Of a stretch of DNA of 64,000 nucleotides, positions 49,146 through 63,075 are shown in pieces (positions within the stretch are counted from its first letter, which is position 1; each line of letters opens with the position of its first letter). Location of the stretch: the NCBI RefSeq assembly GCF_964204865.1, contig NC_135260.1:15314001-15378000 (forward strand), read 5' to 3'. A program made the translations under genes and the position numbers. The notes beneath the pieces are model-generated. The model searched no databases and was not told the DNA's origin. It saw only the letters and a program-made list of their open reading frames with translations. Origin of the DNA: Styela clava. Taxonomy: Eukaryota.

Positions 49146-49457
49146 ATTAAATAGTTCATAACTCGCTAATTATAAAAAAAATTGATTAATTAAATAATAA
49201 CTCGCTGATTATACGACATAATTCATCCAATATCAATAGGCTCCTGGTCCGAGATATGATGATGATGAATGCACATGCAAAATTTGGAGCAGATTCACCA
49301 GATTCACCCTTGCTTCCGTGAGATATCGCGTAACAAACGAAAGTGTCCAACATACAGACAGACAAACAAACAAATACCTACCAACATACTTACTACCGAT
49401 CGAAATCGATAAGTAACAAACAGACAAATACCCATCAACATACTTACCGATCAAGAT
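49146..49457 (-). mobile_element. Helentron-associated interspersed element (HINE/DINE-1-like), partial
   Basis: TACTTACCGATC subterminal repeat, (CAGA)n microsatellite, core shared with 62651-62942. Confidence 0.7.
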
Positions 49458-50117
49458 TAGGGATGGCGGAATCGAGTCCGGATTCGATTACAGAATCGAT
49501 TCTTTGCGGAATCGACTAAAATCGATTCCGATGCATTGGAATCGATTCTCGAGGTTGAAACTTGAATTGAAAAGAATGTGTAAAGTTTTGTGCAATTTCT
49601 TCACATAATATATATATGTATAAACTGCTTCACTGCTTTGTTGAGTTGCTACGACGACGCAAACTTTACTATTATATATATATAATATTTCGATAGAAGG
49701 CTTCAACGTGGGTTCTGAGGGATTCATTTTTTTGTGCGATTTTGTCTCCTGTGACAGATTGAATACCCATAGCCTACTACTTAGTTTCGGCCTTCTTAGC
49801 CGCCCAAAATTTTAACACCGTGCTCTTGTTTGACTTGCGTACCAAAATCGGGCAAATTCAACGACAAAATTCTTCGCGTACCGACAAAAATTAAAAACAG
49901 TTCTTTGCAACTTCAACGCAAAAATACACAATAATAAATCTTTTGAACATGTACAGACAGAATCACCATTCGGAAAAATATCAGTCCGACAAATAGATTC
50001 GTTCAATTTCTTTATTCTATATCTGTGTGACTTCTGCTGCTGCATTTCCGCTGATAGAGATTCGTTAAGTCGACGGTCTCCGATCGCTATCTCGTTTTTC
50101 TGTCTGTAAGACACTTT

Positions 50118-50310
50118 CGTATGTTACGCGATATCTCACGAAAGCGAGGTTGAATCTGCTCCAAATTTTGCGTGTGCATTCACCATATCTCGGACCAGAA
50201 GCCTATTGATTTTGGATGATGTTGTATAATTAGCGAGTTATTAATTAAATTAGATATGGGACACGCGATGTCGCTATTAAATCAGAGCGAAGTTTTGGCG
50301 GATCCCCCAT
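50118..50310 (+). mobile_element. HINE-like core fragment; family 3' ends also at 50062-50098 and 50484-50521
   Basis: GCGATATCTCACGAAAGCGAG...TATAATTAGCGAGTTATTAATT core; 3' AAGTC..CGGTCTCCGATCGCTATCT hairpin ends. Confidence 0.7.
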
Positions 50311-51707
50311 TTTTTTATTATTATTATTTTTTTTTCTTAGATTTTTTTACTTGTGCAGATCAGAAATTTTGCAAACGATTGTGTGCGTAACAATGCCTTG
50401 TCTGCAATGTGAAGCGTTTAGGTATTTTGGTTACACGCCGCTTCGACTTTCTGGTGCTGGTCGAGTAAAATATTGAACACGGGGAGATCGATAAGTCGGC
50501 GGTCTCCGATCGCTATCTAGTGTCTCATTTTTATTACGTTTCGAAATTTTGTTGGGGGTAGCGTTTCATCGAAATGGCTCACCAGAAAACAAACATTAGA
50601 GAATTTTTCGTGCATTTCATGTAATACTCCCTGCGCAAAAAACGTCCGTTTTTTCAAGTATATACCAAGAGTTTCAGTTTTGGAATCGCGTTCTTTGGAT
50701 AATTCAACAAACAGACAAAAGTTCAGCCTACTATAAATAATGAACGACATCCATTTATGGTACCCATTCCTACGTTGACAAATCCCAATAATCTGAATCG
50801 ATCAATCAATTTTATTTTGGTCACTCTGAAAGAAACAAAGCAACAACAAACGGACAAACAAAATGCAGAGAACATGCATAACTTATTAAAAAAAATTAAA
50901 ATCGTACAAGTACGTGCCCGTCCACTAAAAGCAGTCAAAAGAACACAATAAAACAAAAACACGATGTAAAATTGGACAATACCTTTTCAATCAACTTTAA
51001 AATGTGAGATGTGTATAACAACAGTGCTTTTCCTACAAAAATATGGAATACAAAAGACTCGTTGACGTAAAATGGTGATGCTGTAGTTCAATTTCATTGC
51101 AAAAATAACAAAGTGACAAAAATTGTTACTAAAAACACGCTCGTTGAATAGATTGAATGTTTCAAAACAGTCTATGCACAAATCATGGATTGGGGTATCG
51201 GGTTCTTTTTATAATCGGGCAGTTTATCGCGTATATTATGTTCGCAGATTTCCGTAGTATTTTAAGAGTTTTAGTGCGTTTATTCTACCGTAAATCAACG
51301 CAACGATGAACACAATTAAATTAAAATGACAGGACATTTTAAATGCTCGCATCGAACTTGGTTGGAATATTTTACTCGACAGGAAAATCATTATCCACTA
51401 GAGATGTATATTTCAACGTGTGGCGTAATAGCGCGACTGTTTTAGAAGTCGTTGCACGAGAATTTTCGATTCCACGCCATTGCTGGTCACTAGTTGGCAT
51501 CATCAGCCGCTGCTTCCCGAAGCCCGGCTCTTGATTTACTTTAAATGTGGGTGAGCGAGTCGTTCGGAATGTTTTGAAAACAAAGTCGCTGCCCAAGAGA
51601 TTACATTATCAACAACTATTAACTGCCAGGAAAGTTGTACCTTTATACTTTTGCACACACTTTAACTTCCGCTTATAAATTTCACTCACGAATCTTCGCA
51701 TCCATAG

Positions 51708-51858
51708 CCATTGCACCCGCAGACTTTTGCACTCGTGGGCATTTGCACCCACGTACATTTGTACCCATGGTCATTTGTCCCGATGAGTATTTGCACCAAC
51801 GCACATTTGTACCCCAAAGACATTCGCGACACTCGTGAACATTTACACCCACGGATAC
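51708..51858. repeat. Degenerate 16-bp minisatellite (about 9 units), probably a TE subterminal array
   Basis: Consensus CATTTGCACCCACGGA repeated. Confidence 0.75.
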
Positions 51859-54082
51859 GTTAGTATGCGTACGAGACTTTACTAATTGATGACTGTGTAA
51901 AATGGAATACAATTTGTTGCCTATCATATCGTTATTTAGGGCAATCCATCATGAAGCATGCCAAGCACACCGATACCCCGGGAGTAGACCGGGATAATGT
52001 TTTTCAGGGACATTAGGCACTTAAGATGTTGGTGCCTAATATATATATATAATGAGTATTATAAATGAAACCAGTGTTCCATGTTATCTGAAATTTAGAA
52101 GATAAGTTTCAGTAACGATGTTTCACGAGAATCAATTTATCTGTTCATTTTCCTAACATTGGCCAATTTGCAATAACCAAACAATTGAATTTGTCCAACT
52201 CAGGCAGATATCCAAGCATCGTTGTAAACATTGTTTTCGTTTTTTTTTTGCTTGTGCCGGTTTTCAAATGGGTTTCAAAAACTAGTTCCAAATCAAATAC
52301 CTTATTAGCTATTATGGTTTAACAGCCGCGGAGCTTTAGTACAATTACAATAATCCTAAATTAGCCGCACAACCTGTAGGTGACACGTGCTCAAATAGTT
52401 TCAATAAAAATAATGTTTTCAAGCATGTAAACCGGATTGCAAGCGCCAACTTTCAAAATGAGCATAAATTTTTTTGCAAAAGTAAAGTATAGAGAAATTT
52501 TTTCTGGAATCAAGGGTCGGCTAAACATCTATTCACCAATAATCAAGGACTAGGTTATGATTTCATTCATAATTTTTTTTAAGTATGTGACGGCCTGACC
52601 AACTCGAATTACACTATTCAACACTGAAGCAACATTGGAGATTCTTCCATTTTCTGCGGTGCCCCATTTTCCTTGGCGCCTTAAGCTTAAAGCACGTGCT
52701 TATAATGCTTAATGCAGCCCTGCCCGGGAATTTTTGACTGGTTTTTGAGCGGGTTCTTTTTGACTAGGGCTAAATTACTACACAAAGATCGGCTCATTGA
52801 CGCCGGAATGTGCTACGAGAAATAAAGTTCTGCCCCAATTCCTCTGACGTCACTATGCAGATTACCTATACCGAACAGTTCTAAAGGGTAATCGACAAAA
52901 CTGCCAATTCATTTTTTGTGTAATAAGCACTGCAGCAAGTAGGTATGACTCGGTAATATAGGTAATATGACTCGCACTTTCCGAATACGTCCCGCAGATG
53001 CATTGGTGAAGATATGCACACATGCCAATTTGCATTCATTGACACCGCTTATCATTTGATATAATGTTGACATAGGCATTTGCCCACCTTGCATATTATG
53101 ACCATTTAACGCTTTGCTTGTTACCGATACCATTTCTCGCACTTGTCGAAATGCCAATGGCGCTCGATAAAAAAACCAGGAGCATGCTTACTATGCCATT
53201 TTTGAAACAAAGGAAAGATATTTTTGCTTATGGGATTTCATGCCATTATCATTCGCCTAGTGAATTATCGGGTTTGATCGCGTATAACAGTCATAGCTCA
53301 AATTGCTCATTCCATCAGCCTCTTCATTAATTCAAGATCACGAAACCATTTGTAACAAGGAATCGTTGATTCAATGCGGCGCCAAATTAATATAGATTAT
53401 GCCTTCAAGAAAACACAGGGGTAAATTGCCGCTAATTGAGGCCATTTTCGATATGGACAAAGTTAAATGCTGCAAAGAGCCCAAAGCCTTCTGGGATAAC
53501 TTTTACTTTTTAACTATCGAAAATTCGAAAGCAGTTCTTTAGTCCGGGGAAATGTATATTTTGTTACAAATAACAAAAGCTTAAAAGAACGATCCGGAAT
53601 TTACGTCATGCAAAGGAATGCAAATATCGTCTAATACAAATAAGGTATAAACTAAAGACCATGGGTGATCAGTGTCCGATTCACAAATATTACATCATAG
53701 TAGCGATTTCTAGAACACGTGAATGGTGAAGTGAAATACAAATAAAATATCGCCGGCAGTAACGCTACTATTATCCTTTAGTTTTATATTCCGGGTATTT
53801 CAGAGTGTAGTTGGATTATGTAGTTGCCTAAATACCAGACATACTGATGCCCGTAGTCAAAAAAAAAGCAGGTAATAATTGACTTCTCGCAGTTTTTACG
53901 CAGATATCGCGCGCCGAGTAAATAAAACGCTGCGACACATGTCGCTATAAGTTGTTATAAATTATCCCATTATTATTCCGTACTTGAAAGCTATGCTCGG
54001 TCATAAATAATATCTTATGTACACAAGTGATATTTAGTGATGAAAAATAGCAAATCTTCCATGGGTTAAGTATATTCTAACT

Positions 54083-54601
54083 CAGTGTTCTTCAACCTTT
54101 TATCGTGGTATAGCTTTTACAATTTTTCAAGAACTTTTTATGCCTTACAAATATCAATGTTTATTTAGGGCTTAAATAAACATTAAACTCCAAGTACACT
54201 TATTGTACTGCAATATCATCATGCAATCTAATAGGTTAGTGTCCGCAAGTTAAAAATTTGACTGACGGCCTTAGCGTCAACGGGAATAATGTTCAACGTA
54301 AATCAAACGAAGTGCCCTGCAACCGAAATCACCCAGACACGTAACCGCATTATCTATATTCTATATAATTTGTGATGTAACAATGTGCTCACGTCGGTTC
54401 TTTGGGTAAATGAAATTTTATATTTCATGTGCGCCGCGTTTGCATTGTTGTCTCCGCTTGAATATTTTATATTTCATCATATTATAGTTTCAAATCCCTG
54501 ACTTAGGCTATACACCCTTCGTATACTCTTTATCAGTTGTATACCCAACTTATGGGCCGGTATACGCTTGAGTATACGGTATACTCGGTTGGAGAGCACT
54601 G
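54083..54601. mobile_element. hAT-type MITE
   Basis: TIR CAGTGTTCTTCAACC / GGTTGGAGAGCACTG (13/15); TSD not recognisable. Confidence 0.55.
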
Positions 54602-54749
54602 CAAGAATTCTGCCAGTAAATAGCATGCGTACGGAATAAGCTAGAACTTGCTGCAAAATTTACCTTAACAAGTCATACGAAGTTGTAAGACTGACAGGGA
54701 TTTTTATTTCAGGTTCGAATTTAAACTGAAACCAAAAATCAAATTTTTT

Positions 54750-54898
54750 ATATATATATTCATATTTTAAAGTCATCACTCACCTGTAAAACAGGACACA
54801 CGCACCGAAAAATCTAATAACATCTTATATATATATTTGCATATTTTCAAGTCATCACTCACCTATAAAACAGGCCACACGCACCGAAAAATCTAATA
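54750..54898. repeat. 79-bp tandem duplication
   Basis: CATATTTT.AAGTCATCACTCACCT.TAAAACAGG.CACACGCACCGAAAAATCTAATA starts at 54761 and 54840. Confidence 0.9.
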
Positions 54899-57466
54899 GG
54901 AAAATTGTTTTGGTGGGATTAAGCCTCTTGGTCTACATGCCAATAAGTGAAAATTATTCAACAATTGTTTAAAATATCATCAGAAAACCTTTTCTTATTC
55001 TATGCCATATTCATCCTTTTAAAATGAAGATTCCGTAATGACAGCAGAGCCTAATTTTTAGATCTGTAAATATTTATACTATTTCCCATTGTACTTGACA
55101 GATCACCTCATATAGAGTTGTTTAAATTAACTTAACATTTATCAACGTCGTGGGGCGTATTCATACAACATTTTGTTACAACACATTGTTGCTCCAAAAA
55201 AAAAAATTACGCATTTTGCAAATAAATCACTGTATACCATGACATACTCCTTAATAATAAGGGTTGGAAAATGTAGCAAATGGACATCAGCCAAATAATC
55301 AATGACTCGACTGTTTACCGTGCTCCGTGCACTTTTGTACAGTATCTGGTATTTACAGGATGAATATTAGTTATATTATCAAAGAAATTCTTCATAACAA
55401 ACATAAAATAACAGACATCGGGCAAAAAATATATAACGAATATGCAAAACACACGCGAAGATATGGGCATATGTACGTAATAAGATATTAATTGCGATAA
55501 ATGCAAAATATTGAAAACACGTATAAAATATATAGCTATGAAACATTCAGTTTTTTAAAATAATATACGGTTTTGGGCAAAAACTAACAGAAATCACAAT
55601 TGAGTCCCTTTGCGGACAACTAGTAAATGAATAAATTAAACTTTAGAATCTGTAATGTATTCTCAAAATGTTACAGCAGACGACGATCCATTTAGCAAAT
55701 AGGAATTCTGGCGCGTGAAAATTGGACTACTTCAAATTACACAAGTCGATTTTCCATACCATTAGTAATATCGAAATATTCAGAAAGTTGACCAAATACG
55801 GCGGTTAGGTTGCTCGGTGGTTGACTTGCAAAAGCAAGCACGTTCGCGACATCACGTTTTCCAATCGCGTGTTATATTTTATAACCAAATGATCGACATA
55901 TTTTGGTATCTTTTCAAACATTAAGTATTTTTTCCAACTCGTTAAAATATAAACGTGATTCACTCAAGTTTTATTATCCATTGTTCTGTAGTACATGAGC
56001 CAGATTTTCGTCATAGTTTGCAATTTATATTTAAAAAGAATCACTCATAATATCAAGTGTTATGTCAAGATTTTGAGATGCGTGCTCGAAAATAAAATGA
56101 AATTTGTTTTTTCGTCGTTCAACATGGATCGAATTTGCCTACGAACTTAAAAATGAAGAATGTTCATACAAGTAGTTTTACCAGCTACCGCAAGTTAAAT
56201 ACAAAAAACTCAAATGAATGAGAATGTGCGATAAGTAATTTTACCCCACTCAACTTATAATGACTCAAAACCCACAAAACGTTGAGTTTCCTCGTATTGG
56301 GCATAGAGCATATCGTCATCAGACTCCCGTTTTTTATGCGGTCCGTGCCAATGTTATACAAAATGGAGATTTAATAATGCATCTTAAATACATAGTGTTT
56401 CAGTAAAAATGTCATTGTGATACCAGGGTATCGATTTTTGTGGCGTCATAAATATTTTTAGTTAATGAATAATCTGAAAAAGAATGAGTCCTGCAAATAG
56501 ATACAACCAACAACTCGGTCGAACGATAAGGGATACCAACCCCCTAACGCGCTGTACAAACAATACATATCCTAAAAAATGCCAGTAGTAGCACTATTGC
56601 CACACGCGCCTTTAGTCAGTTAGGAGGCAAGTAGAGACCTGTTTCAGAAAGTTTAGTCCGCGTGTTTCACATTAAACTTGATGTTCAAATGTGTTCAACT
56701 TGAGTTTGGAGGAGGGAATACGAATAAATGTCGCATAGAGGCTTTTAATGATTCGTACCAGATGTTTATCTCTGTATATCGATTGTTTTATGTTTTTATG
56801 AATTGCCAGAATATTTAGGTATAGGAAAGTTCAATTGGGAAATTATTGTTGCAATAATGTAAAACTTGGATTATTGTTAAGATTTATTTTAATAACGATA
56901 AAATAGAAACGCCCAAGTTCTATGAATTCAGAAATGATCCACTTGATAAGAGAAAGCGCGGGGTAAACAGTTACTTTTTATTAATGTGAATTTGAAAATA
57001 GGTAACTAGAAATTCTGATGTATCTAAATTATATTTTATTTCATGTGTCAACAAGTATAGATTGTCGAGTTTCGCTTGGCGCCCCACCCTCCTATTATGA
57101 TATATGGGCAAAAGGTTTCAATGATACAAATGCCGAATATTAGCTAACGAGTTTAAGTTTCTGGTTTTGATCCAACCATGAAGACATACCACTCGAACAA
57201 ATTTTAACCATACTAAACAAAATCATTTATGGTAGCGTTTTTTTTCAACTGTCTCTAACCAGCCTTATTGGACACGTGAGTGGACCTATGGATCGTTTCC
57301 ATATTTACGTGTTCATATATTTGAGCATAGCTCTCTTGTTGGTATTCAATTTTTCGGCAATATTGTAACTTTCAGAAATATTGTATCATATTATATTCGT
57401 CAATATTTATTTGAAAAGTTTCTGATTGCAATGGATTGGACTGACTACGCAAATTAAACTTCCAAG

Positions 57467-57539
57467 ATGCGTAATATAATAATTCACATTTTATGCGGAA
57501 TATTCTGTATAACATTTTCCAAAGAGCAAGAAATATCAG
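57467..57539 (+). other. Candidate signal-peptide exon, copy 1 (MRNIIIHILCGIFCITFSKEQEIS)
   Basis: CAAG-ATG start, hydrophobic core, donor CAG|GTAAGT; frame and donor conserved in copy 2. Confidence 0.4.
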
Positions 57540-59408
57540 GTAAGTAAAAGCTTATTGTGGAGACATTGTATATATATATACATACATTAGGATACAATTG
57601 GATGTGAAACTTAAATCGGAGATTTGAATATTCAGTAAACGCAGTATTTACTCATATTGTGGTTTGTAATAAGTTTTACACGAATTCGTAGGTAACTATG
57701 ACTATGTTATATATTTATAGAAAGAAATAATTCTTCACGAAATGACTTTGTAGTAGTAAATTCAGCCCTACTTTTGCAAAAACGAAAAAAAACTTTCTAT
57801 TCTCATACTGCTCAAAGTGCAAAATAATTGCGAACAAAAAATATTCTATTGTATGAATACGTATATTGTGTACGTACTGGATTAAGGTGGAATCGCATAC
57901 TGTATTCGCTGATTGTTCGAAATACACAGAGCGTTCATATAGGCGTATTAATTGTAATGCAATCTTCTAATGAAAATAAAACAAATCTGTTTGGGGTATA
58001 TTGGGAACTGATTCCATTACAAAATTGAAATTGTAACAGTATATGCTTCTGTATCAAATGTGCCGCCGGAATAAAACTTTCGTGATACCCTTTGCATGGG
58101 ACATGTGAAGCGCATCGAGCTATCCTGAAATGGATGCAAGTACTCAACGTGTACACGTGCTAAAAAATGACATTCATCCATATAGATTGCGTTCAGCCTA
58201 TGTAACTTGATAAATCCTGTCAAAAAGTGATTATAGTTACTGAACGAGTTTTCAGGTTGGGATGGACCGAGGTGACTTTTTTGCGACAAATAGTTTTATC
58301 ATGTTATCTCACTCATTAAGAGGGAATTTACTAGAAAACACTCATTACGATAGATAATCAAACTTTATGACCGTTTGATGTGAAAGGTATATTATATATT
58401 TATTTATATTATATCGTGAAACGTAGGGTTTGGCTTTATTGCGAGTAATATTGATGTATGTCAATTTCACTTGTCACTTTTCAAGTTGTGAAATCGAAAT
58501 TGCTTTTTAGGTAATAATAAAAGACTTGAAATTTAGTTAGTTAAGAGGCAAATAGAGACTTGCCACAGATAGTTTAGTTCGCGTGGTTCACATGAAACTT
58601 GATGTTCAAATGTGAATTGCCAGAATATTTGGGTAGAAAAATGTATTTGTAAAATTATTGTAACAATAAGGTAAAACCACATGTAATGAATGTAATCTAT
58701 GATGCCTTGGACTATTGTTACGATTCATTATATTTATTATTAACGATTTGGTCAAACTTCAAGTGGAATATGTAATTATCTCGATAAAATTTTAATAAGT
58801 GCTATTAGTATTGGAAGTTTTGAAGTGACGATTCGGGAATTAGATGCTCATCAACGTTGCATTCATCAGTAAGAAAAATGGAAACGCCCAGGTTCTATTG
58901 ATTCAGAAATGATAAATAGCTTTTTTAAATTAAATAAATCTAGTTTCAATAAATTATCCACTTGAAAAAAAAAGCGCGGGGTAAACAGGTACTTTTTATT
59001 ATTGTGAATTTAAAAATATGTAACCAGAAATTCTGACGTGTCGACATTATATATTATTTCAAGTGTCAAGTATATTAGAAGTTGAGTGTCGCCTGTCACC
59101 ACATCCTCCTAATATGATATATGGACAAAACGTTTTAGCGGTGCAAATGTCAAATATTAGCTAATAAGTTTGGGATTCAATCATTAAGACAGACCCCTCG
59201 AACACTTTTTTAACCAAACAAAACAAAAAAATTTATATTAGCGTTTTTTTTTTAATTCTCACTAACTAGCATTATTGGAATTTAACTTCCCAGCATCAGA
59301 AATATTGTATCATAGAATATTTTTTCAATATATATTTGAGAAGTCTTAAGAATGAATTCACAACTGATTTCAATGGATTGAACCGACTACGCAAATTAAA
59401 CTTCCAAG

Positions 59409-59481
59409 ATGCGTAATATAATAATTCTCATTTTATGCGGAATATTCTGTATAAAATTCTCCAAAGAGCAAGAAATATCAG
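59409..59481 (+). other. Candidate signal-peptide exon, copy 2 (MRNIIILILCGIFCIKFSKEQEIS)
   Basis: Same frame as copy 1; donor CAG|GTACGT. Confidence 0.4.
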
Positions 59482-61469
59482 GTACGTAAAAGCTTTTTGT
59501 GAAGACATTGTATACATACATTAGTATACAATTGGATGTGAAACATTAATCGGAGGTTTGAATATCCTGTAAACGCAATATTTACTCATATGGTGGGTTT
59601 TAAAAAGTTTATACGAATTCATAGTTAACTATGACTATAGTAATGTTGTATATATATTCTATACGAAATGACTGTCTAGTGGTAAAATCATCCCTACTTT
59701 TGTATAAATGGGAGAAAACGCAAAAATATTCTATTGGATAAATACGTATATTGCGTACGTACTGGGTCAAGATGGACACGTGTGCTATATTCGCTGATTG
59801 TTTAAAATACACTTGTAAAAAAATAGCCGAGGCGTTATATAGTTTGTTGTCTTCTGAAGGCTTTTTAAATGAAAAGAAAAAACTTAAATAAACACTGATC
59901 AAAATAAAACAAAATTTGTTTAGGATATATTGAGAACTGATTCCATAACAAAATTGAAATTGTAACGATAAATGCTTCTGTATCAAATGTGCCACGGGTA
60001 TAAAATTTTCATGGAATACTCTTTGTGATATCCTTTGCATTTGGCATGGGGGCGTATCAAACTATCCTGCAAATGATGAACGTGTACACGCGCTCAAACA
60101 TGATAACCATCCGTATAGCCTGAGTTCAGCGTATGTCACTCGATAAATCCTGTCAAAAAGTGATTATAGTCAATGTTTTCTAATTATCTTGGAATGGACC
60201 GAATTCACTTTTTCGCAATAAATAATGCTATCATATTCATTTTTTCATTGGAATTTTGGCTATATATATCTAGAAAACCCGAAATTTTAGTTCTACTACG
60301 AGTTTGGGGACTGTCTGTGTTAGCCAAATGAATATCCTTCTGTCCACAGGGTTCAGTCTCTTTACACAACTTGATGTAAAATAGGCGAACAAAATTAGTT
60401 ATCTCCATATTGGTACTCATACTTCTGGAGCGTCAAACAATCAAATAAAGTCTGTTTGATCTACCGTTAATTCAATTCATTTCACTTCATTTAAAGGTGA
60501 AAGGGAAATTGACGAGAAAACACTTTTTTTACAATAAATACATAAAAACTATATATTATATCGTAAACCATTTGGTTTGGCTTTATGGCGAATAAATTTG
60601 ATAGATGTGAATTTGACTTGTCAGTTTTCAAGTTGTGAAATCGAAATTGCTTTTTAAGTAATAATAAAAGAAATTTTGTTGGTGAAGGTCATCTTTGACA
60701 ACGTAACATTTGTAGGTTTATATTTTCAGTTCTACTTATATTTTAAACACTGTTTATCTCAAATAAGCGAGATCTAGGGACGTTGGTGAGCGTACTAAAC
60801 TTCCTATTAATGATGTATAATTTGAAAAACTAGTTCTAAAATTTTGTTTTTTTGTGTAATGATTCGACTGATTTATAAATTTCAATGCATTCTATAATGC
60901 ACTATGGTGAACTCAATGACGTCGAGCCAATATAAGATACAAATATGTTCTAAATTAGAATTTCTAATCTTTAAAAAATTTTACTCGTACACATATTGCG
61001 ACATGATATATTAGGATAGTCATTTTGCCAGTCATTTTGAGCACGCAAATTCATAATTAGGGATTTTTGGAAACCACCTAGAAGGCTTTATATTATTCCT
61101 TATATTATTGGAGTTAATATGTAACAGAATATTTCAATATCACGAGATATCGGAATACATCGAAATATGCGCAGTTAGAGGTATTACAATGACTAACAAT
61201 ATTTGATCATCTTTTAAATCCACAGTTTATGTATTTGTACAAGTATATATATTCCTCGTTATGTACAGGTCTGGTATCAAACGATAACAAATGTAAAACG
61301 ACAATGATGACGAGCACGGGTATACGCAAAACTCAAATGCCCGCATGTGATTTGAATTACAACTTCCATTCTCTACCATAACATTTCCGATAATATTATA
61401 ATATGTTATAATATAACCAAACTCTGCCTTTTAGAAGATTTCGTGATTTGTCATATTCTTCAAGTTAAT

Positions 61470-61775
61470 AGGAAAAGATATACATATTTATCCCGAGGGA
61501 GAGGAAAGCCGATGAGAAGGCCTAATCATATGGCGAACCACGGTCTCTCGACCGGTAACTAACTAGTCCATGTCGGGTATGGGATTAGATAGCCAATTAA
61601 CTGTTTTCAGATGCATGGACTTGATGGTGGAGGAAGCCGCAACCCACCAGCGGATACGTGAACAATCCTTCGGCGACGAGGATTCCAGCAACTCTCTCGC
61701 ACATAATTAACCCCGCGAACCCAGAGGTGCGGTGGCGAGCGTATTCCTAACGCTTAGCACGATGCGCCACATCGC
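61470..61775 (-). mobile_element. tRNA-derived SINE copy (box B region deleted)
   Basis: Reverse complement aligns with 40632-40966. Confidence 0.85.
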
Positions 61776-62650
61776 ATAGACGTGACGTTCGCCACTCTCC
61801 ATTTAACATTGTTGACTTGTGGACTCGAACTACCTGCCCGCACGCTTATAAATATGTGAATAGTCAAGGCAACGACCTCTTGAATGCTGTAATTAAACAT
61901 ATATCCCGTTGGAATATTTAGACATTTGATTGTCAAAGCCCTAAAACATATATGACTAATTGATAACAAATATTTCGACAGTAGAGATAACGTGGTTGTT
62001 TATTTTTGGTTAAATTCGTCATTTTATTTGTGAAATGCATTCACTGGGAATGACGCAAAATTTCAGAATTAGAAATTAAGTGTTCACATTCAGTGTTGGC
62101 ATTCAATGGTATATAAACATGTTCTCTTTTGTATCGTACTTACTAAGTTTTCAGAAAATGTAAGTTTCGTCACTACGTAAGCTACATTATCATGTCATGC
62201 TTTGAATAAATCTAAGTACATAACTTTCGAAACTAACACCAGAACGAATTTGCTGATTGTCTTGACATTCATCATGACAGGTTTTCGCGAATCCGTGCGA
62301 TCACCCCGTAATCCCAAAACCGCTCATGTCCCCTATTTGAAGTTGACGATAAGCCTGATTACATGTCCCACAAAACCGGTCCAGTGAGACAGTTCGATTC
62401 GTAAAAACCGAAGTGATCTCACAGACCACTTAGCGCCCTCGATTACATGTACACAACCAACGTTGTGAGAACAACTATGAATCTGCTTGATTGGGGCAAA
62501 TACGTCATCACGATTCGCAAACGCACTACATGTATTTTATCTTCAATAATATCAGAAATTCAGTAGACTACTGAAATCAGATGTAATTTCCGATTGAAGC
62601 TCCGCATAGTTGTTTGCAGTGAATGATGGGTTTTTCCCTGTTAAACTTAT

Positions 62651-62942
62651 TACTTATCAGTTTTAATCGGTAAGTATGTTGATATGTATTTGTCTGTCTG
62701 TCTGCTAAATGCACGCGATAACTCACGAAAGCGAGATTGCATCTGCTCCAGATTTTGCATGTGCATTCATCATATCTGGGACCAGAAGCCTATCGATTTT
62801 TGGCGAATTATGTCGTATAATTAGCGAGTTATTAATTAATTAGTGATTGGGTACAAGGTGTCACTATGGAGTAAGAGCGCTGTTTTGGGATCCCCTAACT
62901 TTCGATCGATAAGTCTTCGGTCTCTGACCAATATTCTCGTTT
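62651..62942 (+). mobile_element. Helentron-associated interspersed element (HINE/DINE-1-like), complete
   Basis: 5' inverted repeat TACTTATC...TCGGTAAGTA, (GTCT)n microsatellite, 3' subTIR ATCGATAAGT plus short hairpin GGTC-TCT-GACC, ending in TTT. Confidence 0.75.
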
Positions 62943-63075
62943 GGCCTTTGCCCCTAATCTAAAAAAGAATTATGACACAAAATGTACTTGAATAAACTTC
63001 AGTCTAATCGTCTCGCTGACCATGCTGATAGTTATCAAACGGGGCCGACTTATCAAACTAGCGGCGTGTATCCTT

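Larger units (their letters stand above)
56612..60671 (+). repeat. Diverged tandem segmental duplication (units about 56612-58530 and 58531-60671)
   Basis: Colinear blocks throughout, e.g. AAACTTGATGTTCAAATGTG, AAAGCGCGGGGTAAACAG, GACTACGCAAATTAAACTTCCAAGATGCG, CCTGTCAAAAAGTGATTATAG, CAAGTTGTGAAATCGAAATTGC. Confidence 0.9.

Noticed and set aside
51708-51858. CRISPR-like array
   Set aside because: Contiguous degenerate 16-mers without unique spacers, in eukaryotic DNA with no cas genes.
61505-61545. Hammerhead-like CCGATGAG...CGAA
   Set aside because: Core is not CTGATGA/GAAA, and it is a variant of the antisense SINE tail not conserved in other copies.
61269-62490. Possible downstream exons (acceptors near 61268 and 62280) for the duplicated signal-peptide exon
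   Set aside because: Short or frameshifted frames with no recognisable motif; cannot be supported without transcript data.
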